NCBI GenBank assembly: GCA_030390025.1
Contig: CM059439.1
Coordinates: 63,550,001 to 63,614,000 of the forward strand
Reading direction: 5' to 3'
DNA from: Squalus acanthias
Taxonomy: Eukaryota
Length of the DNA: 64,000 bases
The first letter of the stretch is position 1. Every line of letters begins with the position of its first letter. Under the pieces are notes generated by a model. The model had not been told where the DNA came from. It did no database searches and worked only from the letters and a program-made list of their open reading frames with translations. This document shows, in pieces, positions 10,778 to 23,742 of the stretch. The position numbers were made by a program, and so were the translations under genes.

Positions 10778-12680
10778 TCAACAGCAACTTATATTTATAT
10801 AGCGCCTTTAACGTAATAAAATGCCCCAAGGTGCTTCACAGGAGTCTTATAAAAAAAACAAAATTTGACACTGAGCCATAAGGAGATGTAAGGGCAGATG
10901 ACCAAAAGTTTGGTTGAAGAGGTAGGTTTTAAGGAGCGTCTTAAAGGAGGAAAGAGAAGTGGAGAGGCAGCGAGATTTAGGGAGGGAATTCCAGAGCTTA
11001 GGATCTAGGCAGCTGAAGGCACGACCACCGATGATGGAGCATTTAAAATCGGGGATGTTCAAAAGACCAGAATAGGTGGAGCGCAAAATCATGGGGGATT
11101 ATAGGGCTGGAGGAGATTACAGAGATAAGGAGAGACGAGGCCATCGAAGGATTTGAAAACAAGGATGAGAATTTTAAAATCGAGGCGTTGCTTAACTGGG
11201 AGCCATTGTAGATCAGCAAGCATGGGAGATGGGTGAGTGTGACTTGGTGCAAGTTAGAATAAAGTGGCAGAGTTTTGGATGACCTCAGGTTTATGGAGGG
11301 TAGAACTAGGGAGGCCGGCCAGGAGTGCGTTGGAATAGTCAAGTCAAGAGGTGGTAAAGGCCTGGATGAGGGTTTCATAAGCAGATAAGTTGAGATAAGG
11401 CTGGAGACGGGCAATATTACAAAGGTGGAAATGGGTAGTCTTCATGTTGGAACGGATATGAGGTAGGAAGCTCAATTCGTGATCAAAATTGACACCAAGG
11501 TTACGAACAGACTTGGTCAGCCTTAGACAGTTGCTGGGGAGAGAGATTGAATCAGTGGAAAGGGAACGGAGTTTGTGGTGTGAACCGAAGACAATGGGCT
11601 GGATTTTGATACTGGGGCGGGTTGGGGTTGTGTCATCCGCTTTTCGTGTTATCCACCCGACTGCAATTGGATGTGGGCGATTGATGCAATTTTCACCTAA
11701 TTGGGCAATTGAGTTCCAGCATGTGGGAACCCATGAACCAATTAGTGTTTTCAGTCTGAAAGTCGCCTCTGATGATGTCATCATTGCTGCTGCATTGAAG
11801 GTCTTCAGAGACTGCCTGGCCTTTGCTGTGAGAGGACCTGGATGCAAAATGAGCAGCAACTCAGAGAGAGAGAGAGAATTTTTTTTGCACCAGCACTCCC
11901 AGATATGTCTCCTCCATCACTCCCAGATGCCTGCCAGCCATTCACTCACTGATAGTAAGCCCAGCCACTGATAGTCAGCTATCCAAATGTGCTCCCGCCA
12001 GGTTTCACAATCGTGGTTCAGAACAGGCGTGCTTCACGTAGAACAAGGGTTAACATCACAAAGGCCTTTCAAAATGGCATTATAGAGCCAATTTAGTGCT
12101 TGTTAAGGGTCTTAACAGCCTATCCCGTCTCTTAAAGGCGGGACGCAGTCGGGACCAGCAGACACGATTTAATGAAAATTGCGTGGAGGCGGGATGGAGG
12201 CGGACTTGTGCCCGCCCGCCAGTTTTTGCAATTTTAACCCCCCACACGCCTCCAAACCCACCTCCACGGGTCAATGAAAATCCAGCCCAATGGCTTCGGT
12301 CTTCCTGATATTTAATTGGAGAAGATTTCTGCTCATCCAGTGCTGGATATCGGACAAGCAGTCTGATAGTATAGAGATGGTGAAGGGTTTGAGAGAGGTG
12401 GAGGAGAGATAGAGCTGGGTATTATCAGCGTACATGTGAAAACTCACGTTGTGTTGCCAGATGATGTCACTGAGGGGCAGCTTGTAGTTGAGAAATAGGA
12501 GGGGGCCAAGGCTCGATCCTTGGGGGACACCAGAGGTGACAGTGCGGGATCAGGAAGAAAAGCCATTGCAGATGATTCTATGGTTACGACTGGAAAGATA
12601 GGAATGAAACCAGGCGAGTGCAGTCCCATCCGGCTGGACGACGGTGGAGAGGCGTTGGAGCAGAATTTTGTGGTCAACTC
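10778..12680 (-). mobile_element. L2 LINE 3' portion, interrupted by a MITE
   Basis: VRNLGV.FD.ELSF.PHI, ETLIQAFTTS, GGRAFS...PKLWNSLP..FKTLLKTYLF. Tail caacttatatttatatagcgccttt on +. Confidence 0.85.
11596..12288. mobile_element. PIF/Harbinger-type MITE
   Basis: Perfect 12-bp TIR gggctggatttt/aaaatccagccc with 3-bp TSD AAT. The host L2 rejoins as gaagacAATggcttcgg. Confidence 0.9.
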
Positions 12681-13679
12681 GCCTTTATTTGTAACCCTCA
12701 CGTTTCTAAAATTTCACACCCATCACAGTTTCATCAATAGGTAGTCCTATAAAGAGGAACTGATCAGCTGACTGGTTTAGTAATATGCTGTGACATTGCA
12801 TGGTTGGACTGAAAATTATGTTTGCAATTTGCACAACTAGATCCTGTTCTCAGTAGATAGTGCAACCATTGAGGTAGCATCAAGTGGAGAAGATGAACTT
12901 CCACTGAGCGAAAATGATAAGATTCAGGAGGAAGCATAAGGGACCCAAGAGTGTACAGCTAAAAGTCTTAAAAAAACAAGACGAAAGAATGAAAATAAAT
13001 GGACAGATCAAAGTACTTGTGTGTCCAGGTTTGAAGCACGGTACGAACTCTCAAAATCTTCTAGCCATAGCATCCTACGTGACTCCGAAAAGGTGATAGA
13101 TATGTTGTGACCAATGCAGAATAAGATTGTTGTGGGGTTACTTAATGGATCAATGAAAGAGTAACTGCATTGCATGGTACAGGGGCTGAAACTTACAGGT
13201 CAGCAAGATCCCAGGTTTGATCTTTGGTCTGTGATGAGTTTGGTGATTTGTGCCTGGGCAGCACTGGGTGCTGTATTTGGCATTGATGTCTCTCTGCTGG
13301 ATAGAAGTTCCTGTAATGGAAATCCGTCCTATTTCCAATTATAACATTTCTACATTCTGTGCTTTCAATTAGATTGTAGCAAAGTTAGAGCTCTGGGATT
13401 TAAAAATTGAAGTCCTGGCTGCTGCTTCTGTAGTTTTCCTTTGTCCTTTTGGCTTCAGAGCCTATTGGCAAAGCAAAAATACGCTTCTGTCCTGAAAGTT
13501 TACATATTGATGTCAAAGTGTGATCCTAATGCTGTGGAAGGTCCTGTGGTTGAGATTGCCTGCAGTGAGCAATAAATAGCTCATTTTTAATTACAGATGT
13601 AGCATCAGCCATCCTTTCTTATCAATAGCATCCTGCTTTGACTTATGTTGATTTGAATCTACCTCCTCTCATTTCTCAG

Positions 13680-13873
13680 GGCACACTGTGAACAAGATGC
13701 GTAAAAATTCAGACCCCGAAGTGGCCGAGCTTGCTCAAGTTGTTTTCACAATGTGGAAAACCTTCATAAAAGAAAATAGAAATAAGCAATCCATAGAGGT
13801 GCGATGTGATTCTAAAACGGAGAGTCTTAGGAGGAATGCGCGAAAACTGTTAACTGCAGCCTTGGAACTGGAG
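13680..13873 (+). CDS. TCEANC2: TCEANC2 coding exon 3
   Basis: cag|(G)HTVNKMRKNSDPEVAELAQVVFTMWKTF...SIEVRCDSKTESLRRNARKLLTAALELE|gtaatt, 194 bp, phases consistent. Confidence 0.95.
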
Positions 13874-14860
13874 GTAATTTAAATAAAAAGCCCTCTACAC
13901 TGAGTTCTAGAAAGAGATTAAAACAGGATTTCTATATGTATATTTTAAATTGGAGGCTTAAAGGGGAAGAAATGCATTTTTTACCCAACGTGGTCCCATT
14001 GTTTATACATTTGTAGAAGAAAATAAGTCTTACCAGAAAACCTTTGACTTTATTAAAAAAAAATTGCCAAAATGGAAACTTTATAGTAGGGTCTCACTCC
14101 ATGTAAGCCTGTTCATCAATTGTGGGGTGTGGAGTTGTTCAATTGCGCTAGCCTTAGGGCTACTTCACACTAGCCCAACGGCAGCACAAGAGCCTCCGGA
14201 CTTCAGGGAAACAACAAGCTGGGATTTCTTTTTGTTCTTGGGCTCTGGGTAAGCCAGTATTTATTGACCATCCCTAGTTGCCCTGAAGACATTAAGAGTC
14301 AGTCATATAGTGTGGGACTGGAGTCGCATGTAGGCCAGATTGGGTAAGGACAGCAGGTTCTCTTCCCTGAAGGACATTAGTGAACCAGTTCGGTTTTTAC
14401 AATAATCCAGCAGATTTCATGGTCATTTCCCAGCTTGTAGCATGGGCTGGATAAGTCTGGAGCAGTCCTTGGGCCAATTTGAAGTCACACCCTTGCTATT
14501 TGTAATAGGCATCCCAGGACATTCCTTGTAATTGAGGTCACTAAAGCACCCTATGAGGGAGGGAGGAAAACCCTAATCAGAATGAGCATGTCTTCCACAT
14601 CGCTGCATTTAAAAAAAAAAGGCAGTCATTTTTGACTTGTATGAATAGGCATGCTTTGTTGCATTACTTCTAGTCATCTACTGTGCTACATAACCTTCCA
14701 ATGAGTTTCACTGTTTGTAACCACTATTTCAGGGTACTTTGTGTGGATGTGCTGCTTTTAGCATTTAACGTCAGATTATTAGTTTGTACAGGTCTTGCAT
14801 ATTTTTACCACTGCCTACTATAAATAAATACATTGTTCAATTATATAATCTTTTTTATAG

Positions 14861-15049
14861 CATGATCACCCTCTGATTGAAAACATAGAGCGAGAGGTTT
14901 TTCATCAGTGTTCTCGTCTGATCAACATCTCCTACCGACGGACAGTACGAGCGCTGGTCTTTACTTCAAAACATAAGCCTGAAGTCCGAGAGCAAGTTAA
15001 AACCTACAGACTCCCAGTGAAGCAGCTTGTTGAAAACCACAAGAAATGA
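14861..15049 (+). CDS. TCEANC2: TCEANC2 final coding exon
   Basis: tag|[62 protein letters not shown]. Total CDS 612 nt = 203 aa. Confidence 0.95.
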   Translation, partial: HDHPLIENIEREVFHQCSRLINISYRRTVRALVFTSKHKPEVREQVKTYRLPVKQLVENHKK

Positions 15050-15191
15050 TGACTCGTAGTGGGTTTTTAAAAATTATGTATATACATATAAATTGTGAAC
15101 TTCTAGAACTGCTGTGGCCTTTTTTAAACTGTAAGCTCATTTTTCTTTATTTTTGGAGGAATGTCAATGAGTCAAATTTGTGAACCTTATT

Positions 15192-15197
15192 AATAAA
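15192..15197 (+). terminator. Candidate TCEANC2 polyadenylation signal
   Basis: AATAAA about 140 nt after the stop, followed by GT-rich sequence. Confidence 0.55.
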
Positions 15198-15654
15198 TTC
15201 CTTGTGTTTGTACAGAGCTGTCAGCATTCTTTTGGTCTGGTTTGTGACTGCTGTAAAAGCAATATTGCACTGATACATAGTCTACGCAGCAAAGTAAAAT
15301 GTATTTGTTCTATCTGTAAAACACAAAGGAATCCATGCAACTGATGATAAGAGGGAACTGAAAATAGCAATGTATCCAAGAATTCTAAAGAATGTTTTTA
15401 GGAAATGAGAAATGTATATGATCAAGCAGCACTATCCATAATTGGATGATGACATAAGGTTGGCAACAAATGTAAAACTTACTCTTCTGGGGTCTCTTGA
15501 GGGAATCTTTTTGGGTCAGTGGTAATTAGTTGGGTAGAAGAAACTGATTGCTTTGATGCAAATTAATGTATTTTTTTTAACTGCTTATAAGGCAGTTTGG
15601 TGCATTTGACTGTAACTTGTTCTGTCACATCTTTAAGAACATAAGAATCAGGCT

Positions 15655-16005
15655 CCCCCTGATGGTGCAGAGGTGTAATCAAGGCATACAGACTGGTTAG
15701 GTTTCAGTTCTGATCACCAGTCTGTCCTGAGTTTGCTGACCTTAGCTGGGTCTCTGGTAAAAGCTGTACAGTTAGTCACAGGACCCGTGGAGGGAAAGCT
15801 TTAGCCTTGATTCCAGCTCAATCGCCATACACTGACCTCCTTGACAGGAAAGTGAGCATATGTGCAACACTGGATGAGGACAGGATTGGACTGAGCTGCA
15901 ATGTCCTCCACACATGAAGAATGACCACCGTGTGGGTGTACAGGAGGCTGACAACTACCCGTGGCACCACACCCATATACTTTTAGGGGAAGGGAGGACA
16001 AGAAA
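15655..16005 (+). mobile_element. Old tRNA-derived SINE, family B (not identified by name)
   Basis: Shares motifs ggaaagtg..gtg, gaggacaggatt, cacatgaagaatg with copies near 19000-19440(-), 25200-25420, 31000-31350(-), 34400-34830, 37590-37960, 54050-54300 and 55400-55610. Confidence 0.6.
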
Positions 16006-16139
16006 AGGTAATTAGTTCCATCAAGCTCATCATCTTTTCACAGAATAACCCTACCTACCTATCTTACCGTATCCCTAAATCCATTCTCTCCTCCAAAACA
16101 TATGTATAGTAATTGGCTCTTGAACCCGTTTATTTTTGG

Positions 16140-16345
16140 GCAATGCTCGCAAGGCCATATTTATTGCCCATCCCTAGTTGCCCTGAGAAGGTGGTGGTGG
16201 GCCTTCCTGAACCGCTGCACTCCTTGTGCTGATTGCGTTCCCACAATGGTGTTGGGTCGGGAATGCCAAGGTTTTGACCCAGTGACAAAGAAGCAATGGC
16301 AATTATATATCCAAGTCAGGCTGGTGGGGAACTTGAAGGCAACGG
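16140..16345 (-). mobile_element. 3' tail fragment of the LINE family at 1-905
   Basis: atttattgcccatccctagttgccctgagaaggtggtgg is the reverse complement of the 820-860 region. Confidence 0.75.
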
Positions 16346-17581
16346 TTTTCCTACTTCGATGGAACTTATTTTACCTTTTGGATGCTAAAAATGTAAGAAG
16401 GCTCTACTTTTAAAAAAATGTTTATTTTTGACTTTGAACTTATTAAAACTTTGAACCTTTTTTTATTCATTACAAATTAACTAGTGATGCTTTACAGTGC
16501 CTGATATTAGCTACCAGACGTCTTGGATAAATTCTGTTCCAGGATGAACTGGATCAGAAAAGAGGAGTACATAAAGGAAACACTGAAGCTCACTGGTTTA
16601 CCAGAAAATGAGTGATATCTGATGAATGACCTGACGCTGGTGTTTTTAAAAAATAAGGTGACAACTCCTGCCCTCTCCTGTTTGTGCCACATGTTGAGCA
16701 CCGTAACGTGATTTTTTTTCAGCTTTATTTTGGGAACACGAGCAAGCAGTCTGCGCTATTGTCATATGGAAATTCAGTTTGGAGGCAGGCTGGATGCTGT
16801 GTATATTGTGGGGCACTTAAAATCTTGTGTTATTCTGTCAGCAAACTTTATTGTACAAAAGAGAATGATTCCAAAGGTTGCTGTCATTGGTAGAGCAGAA
16901 CACCACCCGTTATAGAACCCACCTGACTCATCGGGCGGGTTCTACAATGGGCAGGTGATGCGCCGCGCCAGGTTACCGCCCAGACGCGAAAGTTTCAAAT
17001 TACCCCCTTGTCTCCAACGTGAGTCCAATTTATTGCACATTTTGATAGCTGTGTAACTGGAACTACTTTTTACCTTCCAGACTTAAAAGTCTATTCTGTG
17101 GTATTAACCTGTACACCAGGTGATGATAAATGTTACTCTTGCACCACTTCTGCTTCCCAGTACATCCTTGCGTTTGCATCATTTCGCATACTCTTTGTTT
17201 GCAGAATCCATTTGTTGTTCATCACCTGCTGAATTATTCCTTGTATATTACTCGGAATGTAAAGGCTCTGGATAAATGGGATAGAATCCCAGCGGAGGCC
17301 ATATTCTGCATTTCCCCCCCCCCCCTGTAGAAATGGGACTTAACATCCCTTCCCAACCAAAGGATTTCAGGGCCATGGTTCTTCCATTATCAATAAAAGG
17401 TGTGACACACAAATCATGACAACAGGAAGTAAGGGTAACATGGATAGGAAGTGCACACCATACACAGGACTTTTAATATATTATTAGATGTTATAAAACT
17501 TTTATATAGATTGTAAACTTTTTTGTCTAACTACACTACTCCCATGGTATGTGAAAGACCATTAAATTCTACCCTGGTTAC

Positions 17582-18303
17582 TGTCGCAACAAAGGGTTCT
17601 TAGTCCTGCAACAATAAGTTCCGCGTGATTCTGGCTCGAGTGGTTTGAAACAACAAGCTTTAATATCTATTGACTAATAACAGTATTATTCTTATACAAC
17701 TGTTCTACAGTATTCTATTAAATGACAAGCAAGTAATACAACCTGGTTCCTAGGCCCAAAGTGATCAGTTACAGCTCTCTAGGCTGCCTGCGTGGCTGTG
17801 GACTTCCGACCGTCCTGAGAATTCTAACTTTCAAAGGGGGAAAGTCCTAGCTTTATACTATTCAGCTACCTTAGGCTGCACGTAGACACCCCTGTTCTTA
17901 TCTTCTAATTATAAATTATCCCATCATTCTAGCCCTGCTTCAGCTGACTGCTGATGTCATGGCCCCAACTCTTAATCTTGGCTGGAGACACAGTATGTAC
18001 CTCTCAGGAATGCATGCAAGACTATGTTATCAAAGCACGAGTTATTTTATGGCCATCAAGTCCCACAAGCGAAAGCAGTTTCCCATGTCGGGTATGTGGA
18101 TCTCCTAGCAACCTGCTTTCTTATCGAGGTAAGGGTCACGTCTTGACTTAGGAGTTACAGCTAAGAGAACTTCCATTATTTGCAAGGACCAAGAACAAGA
18201 TTCAATCCCCACCCCCTTCCTTCATATTGCTCTCTGGCTAAAATGTTAATGCAAAGCTCGCTGGGATACTTGACAATTTAAACCATTAAAAAATATTCTA
18301 ACA
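17582..18303 (-). mobile_element. Probable solo LTR
   Basis: TGT...ACA termini. On the - strand, TATAAA near 17855 and ATTAAA near 17660. TSD not clean. Confidence 0.5.
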
Positions 18304-18305
18304 GT

Positions 18306-18932
18306 GGCTGGAATTTTTCCCTAAAATAAAGGGTAGGTTTGGAGCGTGGGGGCAGTTAAATTGTTAAAAATGTGATTCCCGACCTGATCCCACCTCCAAC
18401 CCGCCCACTTCTGGTTTTAACGGGTGGGGGCGGGCGACCAACCCGCTTCCCGGGGGTGGTACATCAATTTAAATATAATGAGGCTGGAAACCTTTTCTTC
18501 CACCTCCATTTTGAATTTAACTGCCTGTGGACGGGTTTCACACAATTCGTGAAACCCGACAGTTAAACCGAGGCAGTAAAAAGTGGCTTTATACCTACCT
18601 CCTGTATCCAGGGTCCCTGCCTAGCCCACCCTCCACGATCGGAGACCTCCCCACAAGGCCTCTGATCCCCACCATGAGGCCTCCCCCCCCACCCTCACCC
18701 CACAATCCTCCAGTGGCCGGCCCCCCCTGCTGATCCTCCGGCCAACCCCCCCCCACCCCCGCCGATCCCTGGCCGACCACGTAATCCCCCACCCCCGGAC
18801 CGACCCCTCGCTCCTTCTCTGCAGCTGCAGGCCTACCCGCCCGCAGCTAGCTAACCTCTCAATCTCCTGGGTTTCCCACCCGCCTCGGAGGCCCACCGCC
18901 CCCAACCCGCCTACCTGTAGAAAATTCCAGCT
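18306..18932. mobile_element. PIF/Harbinger-type MITE
   Basis: TIR ggctggaatttt / aaaattccagct (11/12), 3-bp TSD AGT, GC-rich interior. Confidence 0.8.
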
Positions 18933-18989
18933 AGTATGTCAGGTGCGATTCTGCTGATGTTGATGCTGATGTAGTTCCGTAATGAGACA

Positions 18990-19440
18990 AGAATTTCTCC
19001 TCCCCGACCTCCTCCAAACAGATGCATTGCTACTGTTAATATTTTTTTCCTCTTTAGTTTGCTCCTCTGCCCTGATATGTTAACTCATGCAGATATGCTG
19101 TTATTTACACTTCTGGTTTTTAATTCAAATGGCTATTCTTCATGTAGGAGACCAGTAAGTATTGGTAGGCTCTTTGACCATTTGGGGCATTCTTGGTCTG
19201 TGTCTGTCCACACACATACATACATTTTCCAGCAAGAATCACTGGATAGAAATCAGGAACAAGAGCTCTGGATGATTATTTTTCCCCCCTTCCCTTTCCC
19301 TACTTGAAACAGAGAGGTGTGGCCAGTTTTGTAGTGCCTCTAAATGCAGCCCGAGCTGAGATCAGTAAATTTATTTCAGACTTGGGTCCTTCTTGGTCTT
19401 GTGGCTCAGCAGCAGGTGATGCATTTACCTACCAATCTGT
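18990..19440 (-). mobile_element. Old SINE family B copy
   Basis: ccacacacata..ttttccagca, gctgagatcag motifs, as in other copies. Confidence 0.55.
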
Positions 19441-21082
19441 CACACAAGCTTACTTCTAGCATTTTTGACCCGTTGTATCATTATAAAACAACATATCATG
19501 CATGCACAGTGCTTGGTTGTCATGGTGACAGAAGTATGCAGAGAAAAGGGGTAAATTAAAAGATAAATGTCTATTTTGTTCATTTTAATTGTTGGTGGGA
19601 TGGAAAAGATTTTAACAAAGGAGCATTAAATATGTAAGGACCTTTAAAAACAGTTTCTATTGCCAATTTAAAAACCTAGTTTTTTTGGCTGTTTTGTTAT
19701 GTTTGTTATCAAAAATGGAGAATATAGAGAGAAATGCTAGAGCCCAAAAAACAGGATAAATTCAGAGAAAACCTGTAAAAATGAGTTTTTACACTGAAAG
19801 GCATTATAATAGGGATATGTGTGCTCCAACGTAATATCTATTTCCATGATCACAAAATACTTCAAGCTATTTTAGCAGTAAAATACATTTATAATACTTG
19901 TGAATGGACTGTGCACTGCATAGCTTACAGCTAAAATGCACGTTTAAAGTAGCAAATCACCACTATATCATGGTGTAGCACAAATATTTTCAAAGTTTGG
20001 CCAATATAAAATAGTTGATGCTAAAATTTAATTTTGAAGTATGTACTATGGTAAATTGTAATCATTTTGCTAATAACTAGTATTTAGTCATTATCGACAC
20101 TCTTCACGGACTTCATGTTGTAAATTCTGCTTCATCATTTCACAATATAATAGCTCTTAATGGCCATACATCTTGATACCCATTTCCATTTCTTTCTTGT
20201 TCCACCTCCATTATAAACCATAAATGCTTTTACTTTGCTTAATTGAGCCTTGGATGCTGATCTGTGGTGTACTTCAGGCTGATGCTTGGGTGGCCAATTA
20301 TCAGAATGTTGCCCATTAAGTGTGCAAACCTATTAAATTTTGTCACAATGCCTCCTTGCTCAACACCTTCATTTTCCTTTTGGGACCACAGGTCAGGTGT
20401 GATAGGCATGTGATGGCACTTAAACTCTCTTTCAAACTCTTCTAAGTAAGTGCTTAAAGAACTTACCTCAAGTTACTTCCCTTCCTGCCTTTGGCACTAA
20501 AGGTCCTGTGAAGCCACTGTATGAGTGATGTCATGTGCGCACGTTGCATATGTACGTCATCGTACAGCGTGCACGATGACATCACTGACTGAACATGCCA
20601 TATTTCGGGAAGCCCAGGGAGAATTCTTTTAGCAGGTCAGAAAAATCCCAGAATTCATTGGTGAAAATTGATTTTAAAAATCTCTGTATATACATCCTAA
20701 ATGAGTGAGGTATCAAACTCAGTCAGATGGTTATGTCTTGAATAACATGCAACAAAATAAGTATTCTCCTCACTTATAAAGCTCTTTGGCTGTGAGCTCT
20801 TCCTCATGTACAGTTTCTGTGTAGAAATTTTATTTCTTTGAAAGCCCAAGCCCATCTCTGAATTCCTGCCCCAAATTCATTATTACCATTATTAATTCGT
20901 AACTTATTTTAGGAATGCAGGTTTTCACTAGACATTAATGTCAACCTTCTTGCTCTGCAGATCACTTTCATTTAATCTACTAAATAGAATTTATATGATG
21001 CAGGATAGAATGTAACTTGGATGGTCAGGAGCCAAGGTCCAAAAATCAAAAAAAGAATTTGCATTTGTACAGCACCTTGTCA

Positions 21083-22412
21083 TAGGGTGACCATATTTTT
21101 TAAACCGAATCCAGGGACACACAGGATGGGAGCACAGCAAAGTAGCCAGGATGCGTTTCAAGAAAACCGGCATGACGACTTTGTTGCTTCGGCTAGTGGA
21201 ATACGCATGGAGACAACAGCATTTTCACTTTACACCGAATCTTGAACCTTGCATGTGTTCTGGCAATAATGCTGTACCATCTGCACTTGACCCGACTACC
21301 CTAACTTTCAATTTCTCAATTTTAAATCCGTTCCTAACAGACTGAGATTTTCCATATAATGTGTGAAACATCCTGTCTCAGAAGGTTTCAGAAACCCCTT
21401 CCCGGTGGGAGAATTTAGCTTGCCCTATTCAGTAAAAAAAAAACACCATGTACCATACTAATCTGAGGTAAAGTAAATCCACTCACCCACCAGCTCTCAC
21501 CGCGTCCTCGGCTTCTCCCGTGTATGTTAAAGGTTCCGCCCTCTGGCCAATCACTATTGGCTGAAACACAGGGTCAGGTCACTCAATCCCCCAGAGTACA
21601 GTGTGGCCCGAGCTATCGATGGGGCCTTTTCTCTGCCGTGCTGCATTGTGGGAAGTCAGGGCCGCCATCGTCGTCTCCATTCAACTGGCTCCTGGAATCC
21701 ATTCCTGAGCTCAAACCGGGTGGGAACGGGCCGAGAATCTCCCCCTGGGGTTTCTGTACATTTGCATTTAAAAAAAACAAAGACTCTCTACGGGGACGAG
21801 TTTTCTGAACCGGGGAGTTCTTCTGGGGATATTGTTTGAAAGAAGAAAAAAAGAATTTCAGCATTCATCCCTTGCTCCTTTTTAAAGTTGAAAGAAAGAA
21901 AGACTTGCATTTATATAGCGCCTTTCACGACCACCGGACGTCCCAAAGTGCTTTAATGCCAATTAAGTACTTTTTGAAGTGTAGTCACTGTTGTAATGTA
22001 GGAAACGTGGCAGCCAATTTGCGCACAGCAAACTCCAACAAACAGTAATGTGATAATGACCAGATAATCTGTTTTAGTGATGTTGATTGAGGGATAAATA
22101 TTGGCCAGGGATAACTCCCCTGCTCTTCTTCGAAATAGAGGAGGAAAATCTTTTACCGCCACCTGAGAGAGCAGATGGGGCCTCGGTTTAACGTCTCATC
22201 TGAAAGACGGCACCTCCAGCAGTGCAGCACTCCATCAGTACTGCACTGGAGTGTCAGCCTAGACTTTTGTGCTCAAGTGTCTGGAGTGGGACTTGAACCC
22301 ACAACTTTCTGACTCAGAGGCAAGGGTGCTACCAACTGAGCCACATTTGTCCGGGAACACAGTACCTAATCTGGGGGCTGTCCACAGGAAACGGGGACGT
22401 ATGGTCAGCCTA
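21083..22412. mobile_element. hAT (Tip100-like) non-autonomous DNA transposon containing a SINE
   Basis: TIR tagggtgaccata / tatggtcagccta. 8-bp flanks ccttgtca / ccttacca (6/8). Confidence 0.75.
21890..22345 (-). mobile_element. Deu-domain SINE (SacSINE1-like)
   Basis: Full tRNA head, Deu core and (CTTT)n tail on the - strand. Confidence 0.9.
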
Positions 22413-23278
22413 CCTTACCACGTCTCTGAGAAATGTCCCAAAGGACTTCACAGACAATAAATTACTTGGAAAGGCCGTGATTGTTGTGTAGGTAAACTTC
22501 AAAGTGTGAACAGAACCACAATAGAATAGAATATACAGGGCTGAACCCAGGTTTTAATGGATCTCAGCAGTTTTGTGCACAGTTTGACCACAACTGAAAC
22601 ACAAACTTGCATTGTGGGCAAAAGCGCAGGGCTGGCATGCCTTCTTTTGCCTGTAGGTACATTCCTGGTGTTTAGCAGAAATATCCAAATGTTTCACCAA
22701 CACTGGCACCCAGCAGATTGCCACATAGTTCAGCTGCTACAACATTTTTCTTCTGATAACTCACTTTCCTGTAATTCTCTCGGTCAAAGTGAAACATATG
22801 GTTTCTGCAGTGTTCTGTAAACAGAAAACCCACTCCTTGAATATGAATGACATTCTTTGCATTTTTTAATGTAACTTTCAATCTCGCTCATTGGAAATTT
22901 TGTCTCCCAATGGGATATAAAGCGCTATGGGACATCTTAAGATCGTGAATGGCACGATATAAATGCAAATCTTTCTATAAATCCAACATTGTCCCAGCAC
23001 CAATCTCTTGCTACCAACTTTAAATCCATGAAGACTGACTGCCTGAACTCAGCTGAATTTATGTCAACATTCAATGTTTATTGAGAATAAATACATTTCT
23101 TAAAGCTAAATGTAAAATTTCCAAAAACCGGTTATAATATTAATATTGTTAGCAATTGCGGTAAGGTTATGAATATCACAATGTTGGAGTCATAAATATG
23201 TGTTTCTCTAGATTAGTGGAGGGATTGGTAAAACATACAGGGACATTTAACATTGGTTGATGGAATAGTAAATAATAT

Positions 23279-23742
23279 AAAGAAAGAAAGACTTGCATTT
23301 ACATAGCGCCTTTCATGACCTCAGGATGTCCCAAAGCCCTTTACAGCCAATGAAGTACTTTTGAAGTGTAGTCACTGTTGTAATGTAGGAAACGCAGCAG
23401 CCAATTTGTGCACAGCAAGCTCCCACAAACAGCAATGTGATAATGACCTTTTTTTTTTAGTGATGTTGATTGAGGGATAGATATTGTCCAGAACACCGGG
23501 GAGAACTCCCCTGCTCTTCTTCGAAATAGTACCATGGGATCTTTTACCTCCACCCGAGAGGGCAGATGGGGACTTGGTTTATCGTCTCATCCGAAAGACG
23601 GCACCTCTAACAGTGCAGCACTCCCTCAGTACTGCACTCAGTGTCAGCCTAGATTTTTGCGCTCAAGTCTCTGGAGTGGGACTTGAACCCACAAATGTTC
23701 TGACTCAGAGGCGAGTGTGCTACCCACTGAGCCACAGCTGAC
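23279..23742 (-). mobile_element. Deu-domain SINE (SacSINE1-like)
   Basis: Same structure as 21890-22345. Confidence 0.9.

Noticed and set aside
14966-14968. TCEANC2 VFTSKH versus recalled VFTLKH as a sign of pseudogenisation
   Set aside because: A single substitution. Frame and splice sites are all intact.
19637-20510. Kolobok-like ends aggaccttta / taaaggtcct
   Set aside because: They face outward and do not enclose an element, and the match is only 10 bp.
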